Part shown: positions 45,787 through 50,416 of the stretch, one piece after another
How the letters are laid out: the number at the start of each line of letters is the position of its first letter
Numbering within the stretch: the first letter of the stretch is position 1
Source: a virus
Lineage: Duplodnaviria; Caudoviricetes
Length of the DNA stretch: 50,416 nt
Direction: 5' to 3' (one strand)
Virus record (IMG/VR): IMGVR_UViG_3300036822_000288
Span: 1-50,416 of that record
Program-made: the position numbers and the translations under genes
Notes under the pieces: model-generated
What the model was told of the DNA's origin: nothing
The model's database searches: none
The model's input: the letters and a program-made list of their open reading frames with translations, nothing else

Positions 45787-47136
45787 ATGCCAGCAGGCAC
45801 TATTACGCTCACAAACGGATCAACAGCAGTTACCGGTTCAGGAACCAGCTTCGCTACAGAATTAAAAGTGAATGACTTTTTGGTCGCTGTTGTTGGCGGC
45901 GTAACTTACACGCTTGGCGTGCAGGCTATTGGATCCGCAACGGCATTGACGCTGACCACCGCATACAACGGACCAACTACATCCGGGTTATCCTGGACAG
46001 CTTTACCTAACGCTGCTCTTGTAGGAATCACTGCTCAGGTAGCTGCTGACGTTGCGAAAGCGATCCGAGGCTTCAACTTCGATAAGGTGAACTGGCAGAA
46101 GATTTTCAGTAACACTGCATCAGTTACGGTCACGCTCCCCGACCTGACCAGCTTCACAGGACCGAGCTGGGGTTACATGGCGGATCAGTATGCCAGCAAA
46201 GCCAGCAAAGGCGCTAATAGCGACATCACTTCCATTACTGGCCTAACAACAGCTCTTTCAATCGCTCAGGGAGGAACAGGGCAAAAGACAGCGGCTTTGG
46301 CATGGAATGCATTGGCACAATATGGAACGGTGGCCAACACTGCTGCTCAGGGTAATGATTCACGCCTCAACACCGTAAACGGTAAATCAGGCGGAACAAT
46401 TTCATCTGCCGTTAATGTTGCAGGAATGATTCAGCAAACTACAGCTGGTGCATATTATTACAATACCGCCTCTCAGGTTGAATCAAGCGGAAACGTTAAC
46501 TGTGTCGGTGCCCGTATGGCTGGGTCTAGCACTCAGTGGGATTTAACACTCAGATATTATCTGGTCACTGGCTCTTACCATTGTTTCCAGGTGGTCCAAA
46601 ATAGTGCTGAGACATTCCGCGTCCAGAGTAACGGATACGCTTACGCCACAACCTTCAATAACACATCTGATAGCAACCTGAAGTTCAACAAAGAATTTTT
46701 AACCAGCGCCCTGGCTAATACGGTCACAACTCGCGGGATGAGTTACAACCTTCAAGGGGCCAAAAAAGCCGGGATAATTGCGCAGGACGTACAAAAATTC
46801 ATGCCTGAGGCTATCACGACTAATACCGATCCGGTTGTTCTGGAAGATGGAACAATTCTGAATGAGACACTTTCACTAGATTACAGCGCAATCGCCGGCC
46901 TTCACACCGAGGCAATCAAAGAGCTTATCCCGTTGATGATGGAAATGCTAAACAGTCCTGAAACAGCAAAAGAGAAATTAAAAAACCTGATAGCGGCCAT
47001 CAATACCTCTATGGACGATGCCAATCCAACCGATATGAAAATGGAATGGTCACTTCTCAACCCTCCGGCCACGCCAGTCCCAGAGGAGGTGGCACCTGAT
47101 GCTGATCAGGACAACTCAGGAGAAAGTGGCACCTAG
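45787..47136 (+). CDS. Side tail fibre with S74-type intramolecular chaperone
   Basis: MPAGTITLTNGS start; GANSDITS..GLTTALSIAQGGTG; SDSNLK, GIIAQDV, LDYSAI. Confidence 0.88.
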   Translation: MPAGTITLTNGSTAVTGSGTSFATELKVNDFLVAVVGGVTYTLGVQAIGSATALTLTTAYNGPTTSGLSWTALPNAALVGITAQVAADVAKAIRGFNFDKVNWQKIFSNTASVTVTLPDLTSFTGPSWGYMADQYASKASKGANSDITSITGLTTALSIAQGGTGQKTAALAWNALAQYGTVANTAAQGNDSRLNTVNGKSGGTISSAVNVAGMIQQTTAGAYYYNTASQVESSGNVNCVGARMAGSSTQWDLTLRYYLVTGSYHCFQVVQNSAETFRVQSNGYAYATTFNNTSDSNLKFNKEFLTSALANTVTTRGMSYNLQGAKKAGIIAQDVQKFMPEAITTNTDPVVLEDGTILNETLSLDYSAIAGLHTEAIKELIPLMMEMLNSPETAKEKLKNLIAAINTSMDDANPTDMKMEWSLLNPPATPVPEEVAPDADQDNSGESGT

Positions 47137-47246
47137 CCACAGAGCCCCGGCAACGGGGCTCATTCCCTCCAACTAAATTCCCTTTCCTGCCAACCCCTTC
47201 CCAAATCCTCATCATCTCCCACTTGATCAGTTCTATCGATCAATAA

Positions 47247-47266
47247 TACTGTATGCATATACAGTA
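47247..47266. promoter_or_regulatory. LexA (SOS) box
   Basis: TACTGTATGCATATACAGTA, near consensus. Confidence 0.93.
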
Positions 47267-47286
47267 ACTATCAGGGAGGCCAAGCC

Positions 47287-47520
47287 ATGCCCCGCGACTA
47301 CGAAATCATGATGGCTTTCAGGCAGGCGATTAAGCGCGACGCTGAAGGCCGATTCACCATCAGCACACTCGACTTTGTGGAAGAACTCGACCGGATGAAC
47401 TGGCACCACACGCTGCGTGCTGCGAATAAGTGGATCGAGACGCACACGACCACCTTCCGGGACATATCGTCGAACGAGGGAGAAGAGCGTGTATTTCAGG
47501 TATTCAATCCAAATGGTTGA
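47287..47520 (+). CDS. 77-aa SOS-regulated protein upstream of umuD
   Basis: GGAGG RBS directly behind LexA box. Confidence 0.82.
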   Translation: MPRDYEIMMAFRQAIKRDAEGRFTISTLDFVEELDRMNWHHTLRAANKWIETHTTTFRDISSNEGEERVFQVFNPNG

Positions 47521-47568
47521 ATGAATAAATAAAAACGCGTACTGAAGTGCCGATATTGAGACTAAATC

Positions 47569-47991
47569 ATGAGATTTTATAGACCTGCGGAAATCCGCGC
47601 CATTTTAGAGTTGCCATTGTTCATTGACCGAGTTCCGTGTGGATTTCCATCGCCGGCACAGGATTATGTTGAGCAACGCATTGACCTTAACAGCCTGCTT
47701 ATCAGTCATCCGAGCTCGACCTATTTTATCAAGGTAAGTGGAGACTCGATGATTGACGCTGGAATCAGTGATGGTGACATGCTTGTTGTGGACAGCTCAG
47801 TCAAGGCTGAACACGGCGACATTATCGTTGCTTCACTGGGTGGTGAATTCACTGTAAAGCAGCTAATAACCAAGCCATTCCTGCACCTGAAACCTATGAA
47901 CACTGCTCACTCGATTATTCCAATTACCGAACCTGACCAGTTTGAAATCTTTGGCGTAGTGAAACACTCCATTAAGACGATGAGCCGATAA
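47569..47991 (+). CDS. umuD: DNA polymerase V subunit UmuD
   Basis: [23 protein letters not shown]. Confidence 0.95.
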   Translation: MRFYRPAEIRAILELPLFIDRVPCGFPSPAQDYVEQRIDLNSLLISHPSSTYFIKVSGDSMIDAGISDGDMLVVDSSVKAEHGDIIVASLGGEFTVKQLITKPFLHLKPMNTAHSIIPITEPDQFEIFGVVKHSIKTMSR

Positions 47992-49253
47992 TGTTTGCCC
48001 TGGTTGATGTGAACTCGTTCTATGCCAGTTGCGAGACGGTTTTCCGTCCTGACCTGCGCGGCAAACCTGTGGTCGTGCTTTCAAATAATGATGGCTGCGT
48101 GATCGCACGTTCTGCAGAAGCAAAAAAGTTGCAGGTGCCTATGGGCGCGCCGTATTTCAAGCTGAAAGACGAGTTCAGAAGGCATGGTGTCCAAATATTC
48201 AGTTCGAATTATGCGTTGTATGCCGACATGTCGAATCGCGTAATGACCACGCTTGAAGAGATGGCGCCAGCTGTTGAAATCTACTCAATAGACGAGGCTT
48301 TTATGCTGCTTGATGGAATGAGCAGGATTGAGCCACTGGAAGACTTCGGGCGCAGGGTAAGGGCGCGCATTAAGCAGGAAACACACCTCACAGTGGGCGT
48401 AGGCATTGCGCCGACCAAGACGCTGGCTAAGCTGGCAAATCATGCAGCTAAGAAATGGTCAAAGACCGGCGGTGTGCTAGACCTTTCCAACATCGATCGG
48501 CAGAAGAAACTCATGGCTCTGGTGCCAGTCGAGGACGTCTGGGGCGTTGGCCGGCGAATCAGTAAGAAGCTCAATGCGATGGGCATCATCACTGCCAAAG
48601 ACCTGTCAGAGCAGAGCACTTATATCATCCGGAAGCACTTCAATGTGGTGCTTGAGAGAACTGTACGTGAGTTGCGTGGCGAGCAATGCCTTGGGATTGA
48701 AGAGTTCGCACCGACCAAACAGCAAATTGTCTGCTCACGCTCGTTTGGTTCACGCATTACTGATTACAAGGAAATGCGCCAGGCCATCTGTGCTTATGCG
48801 GAGCGTGCTGCGGAGAAGCTGCGCGGAGAGCGTCAATTCTGCAGACAGGTAGCGGTATTCGTCCGAACCAGCCCGCATGCGGAAAATGAAATTTATTACG
48901 GTAATCAGGCGATGGGTAACCTGATGACCCCATCTAACGATACCCGCGACATCATCAGGGTGGCTATGGAGATGCTCGATCGCATCTGGCTTGATAACCG
49001 ACGTTACATGAAGGCAGGCGTCATGCTTGGAGATTTCTTCAGTCAGGGCGTTTCACAACTCAATCTCTTTGACGAACACAAACCACAGGCCAACAGTGAG
49101 GCGCTGATGCGCGTTGTAGATGGCCTTAACCAGAGCGGGAAGGGGAAACTATGGTTCGCAGGACAGGGTACTCAGAAAGCGTGGGCAATGAAGCGGGAAA
49201 TGCTCTCACCGGCGTACACCACTCGCTATTCGGATCTGCCAGTGGCGAGATGA
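47991..49253 (+). CDS. umuC: DNA polymerase V subunit UmuC
   Basis: ALVDVNSFYASCE, YSIDE, QLNLF, LSPAYTT. Confidence 0.97.
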   Translation: MFALVDVNSFYASCETVFRPDLRGKPVVVLSNNDGCVIARSAEAKKLQVPMGAPYFKLKDEFRRHGVQIFSSNYALYADMSNRVMTTLEEMAPAVEIYSIDEAFMLLDGMSRIEPLEDFGRRVRARIKQETHLTVGVGIAPTKTLAKLANHAAKKWSKTGGVLDLSNIDRQKKLMALVPVEDVWGVGRRISKKLNAMGIITAKDLSEQSTYIIRKHFNVVLERTVRELRGEQCLGIEEFAPTKQQIVCSRSFGSRITDYKEMRQAICAYAERAAEKLRGERQFCRQVAVFVRTSPHAENEIYYGNQAMGNLMTPSNDTRDIIRVAMEMLDRIWLDNRRYMKAGVMLGDFFSQGVSQLNLFDEHKPQANSEALMRVVDGLNQSGKGKLWFAGQGTQKAWAMKREMLSPAYTTRYSDLPVAR

Positions 49254-49540
49254 CACTGCCGGTGCAGAAAGTGATGGCAACCAGCACAACCTGTTACCTG
49301 GTGGAGTGGAAAGGGCGGAGTTGCATCGTTGATGAGAAGCGGCGGCCACAGAACGGCGATACTGTTCTGCTCGATATGTCAGGCCTCTATGAATGGGGTC
49401 ACGCCTATCTGCATCCCAGCCGGATTATCACTGATGACGGCCTTACGCTGGAAGATGATCTGCTTGAGGATGTAGCTGTGGTGGGAGTGGTGACGCATGA
49501 GGTTACCGCGATACACGAACAGGACGGTTCACCAATTTGA
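49250..49540 (+). CDS. Possible degenerate UmuD'/S24-fold protein
   Basis: CIVDEKRRPQNGDTVL...VVGVVTH; no GDSM; ATGA overlap with umuC. Confidence 0.6.
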   Translation: MTLPVQKVMATSTTCYLVEWKGRSCIVDEKRRPQNGDTVLLDMSGLYEWGHAYLHPSRIITDDGLTLEDDLLEDVAVVGVVTHEVTAIHEQDGSPI

Positions 49541-49598
49541 AAGTTTGCCGTTTCGATCTATTTTTATCTTAAGCCAAATTTACATCATCAAATTCAGT

Positions 49599-49817
49599 AT
49601 GAAAGACATCAGATCACATAGAGCAGGGATGATTGGGCGCGCCATTGGAGCTGCTGTTATTGAGATCACAGCCAGAGGCGGAGAGATTAATCATGCAAAC
49701 ATATTGTATGAGCTCGAGAGGATTGCAGCATCGTCAAACGATCTTCAGGTAAAGGCATTTTCTCGTGATGCAGCTGAGCTTCTCAGGAAGCAATCGGAGG
49801 AAGCTTCCGAAAGCTAG
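49599..49817 (+). CDS. Small helical protein, AriR/YmgB- or YdfK-like
   Basis: IGAAVIEITARGGEINHANILYEL pattern; hairpin at 49826-49855 follows. Confidence 0.55.
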   Translation: MKDIRSHRAGMIGRAIGAAVIEITARGGEINHANILYELERIAASSNDLQVKAFSRDAAELLRKQSEEASES

Positions 49818-50063
49818 TTTGAAATAAAAGCCCGGTAGTGGTGGCTGACCGGGCTAGGCACAATCCTATGCCAAACATTTCCAATGAGAGCAGGTCAACA
49901 TCACAGGGAATTGAATTGACACTTTGATATTAGGATGGCGCTGCGGAAACGCTAGCGAAGCGGTGAATCATCTTTGCATTACCAGGCTATCAGGCGCGCA
50001 TGACAGACATCCCGCCGATGATTGCTCATCATGACCTGCCAACCGAAAGCAAAGGAATGCCGC

Positions 50064-50252
50064 ATGCCGACCACCAACCTATCCGAACTCGATCGCTACA
50101 TTCACCTCACCCGCTCTTACATCCTTTACATGGATGAGGTGTTGATGGGTAGGGCGCCTTCAATCGACCGGGAGTTAGCTGGGATGATTAGGAAGCAGCT
50201 GATACCGGTATTGAGGGGATTGCGGGCTGAGAAGAGGAGGGCGACGATTTGA
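50064..50252 (+). CDS. Hypothetical protein
   Basis: AAGGA RBS; last phage ORF before arm sites. Confidence 0.5.
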   Translation: MPTTNLSELDRYIHLTRSYILYMDEVLMGRAPSIDRELAGMIRKQLIPVLRGLRAEKRRATI

Positions 50253-50253
50253 A

Positions 50254-50271
50254 TGGGGCATGTATGGGGCA
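50254..50271. promoter_or_regulatory. Putative integrase arm-type sites (2x TGGGGCA, 11-bp period)
   Basis: Mirrors 977-994. Confidence 0.7.
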
Positions 50272-50389
50272 TATGAGATTGTCGAAATTCATCTAAGTTC
50301 ACCACTAACAGCTTTAAAACCACGGTCCAACCGACATAGATCGGTGCTCCTGGACGCTTTTCGATGATTTTAAACTTTGCGTCTACACA

Positions 50390-50402
50390 GATGTCCTGTG
50401 CA
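50390..50402. repeat. att core, distal junction (GATGTCCTGTGCA)
   Basis: Exact 13-bp match to 907-919. Confidence 0.93.
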
Positions 50403-50416
50403 GATATGAATTGCAT
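50390..50416 (-). pseudogene. 5' nine codons (MQFISAQDI) of the interrupted host cyclodeaminase-family gene
   Basis: ATG at 50416; joining through the shared core gives MQFISAQDI-NATLSWKTAIEALERGH..., 933 nt / 310 aa in frame. Confidence 0.9.

Larger units (their letters stand above)
907..50402. mobile_element. Lambdoid temperate prophage (siphovirus type), apparently complete
   Basis: 13-bp direct repeat at both ends, integrase next to left end, canonical lambdoid order of immunity, replication, nin, Q, lysis, head and tail modules with no obviously broken core gene. Confidence 0.96.

Noticed and set aside
41315-47136. Diversity-generating retroelement or invertible tail-fibre switch
   Set aside because: No reverse transcriptase, invertase or TR/VR-like repeat pair seen
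50126-50416. 96-aa ORF as a genuine gene
   Set aside because: Junction product: nine host codons running into phage att-arm sequence

Overview
The window is one apparently complete lambdoid siphovirus prophage (~49.5 kb, 907-50402) of an enterobacterial-type host. It is integrated inside a host ornithine cyclodeaminase/mu-crystallin-family gene. A 13-bp core (GATGTCCTGTGCA) is repeated at 907-919 and 50390-50402; the first 9 codons of the host gene lie at the right end and the remainder at the left end, so excision would restore a 310-aa ORF. Gene order: int-xis; leftward early operon (TraR-like, RecT, RecE-like, Gam-like, cIII, N); cI/cro/cII switch with visible operators and nut sites; O/P with iterons; nin region; Q; tRNA-Asn; lysis cassette; head and lambda-like tail genes; Cor-like lipoprotein; tail fibre; LexA-boxed umuDC cassette. 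Most notable unexplained structure: (1) a convergent gene pair between tail genes M and L, where the late-operon gene copies the C-terminal helix of the phage's own tape measure protein (candidate tail-assembly-blocker plus decoy); (2) a shared 20-bp motif at identical spacing upstream of two antisense morons; (3) a 178-aa 'mini beta-clamp' between cII and O; (4) a tandem repeat-bounded cassette array downstream of N; (5) a multi-branched RNA with a tRNA-like T-arm in the N leader. All family calls come from motif recognition by eye; no database searches were run.
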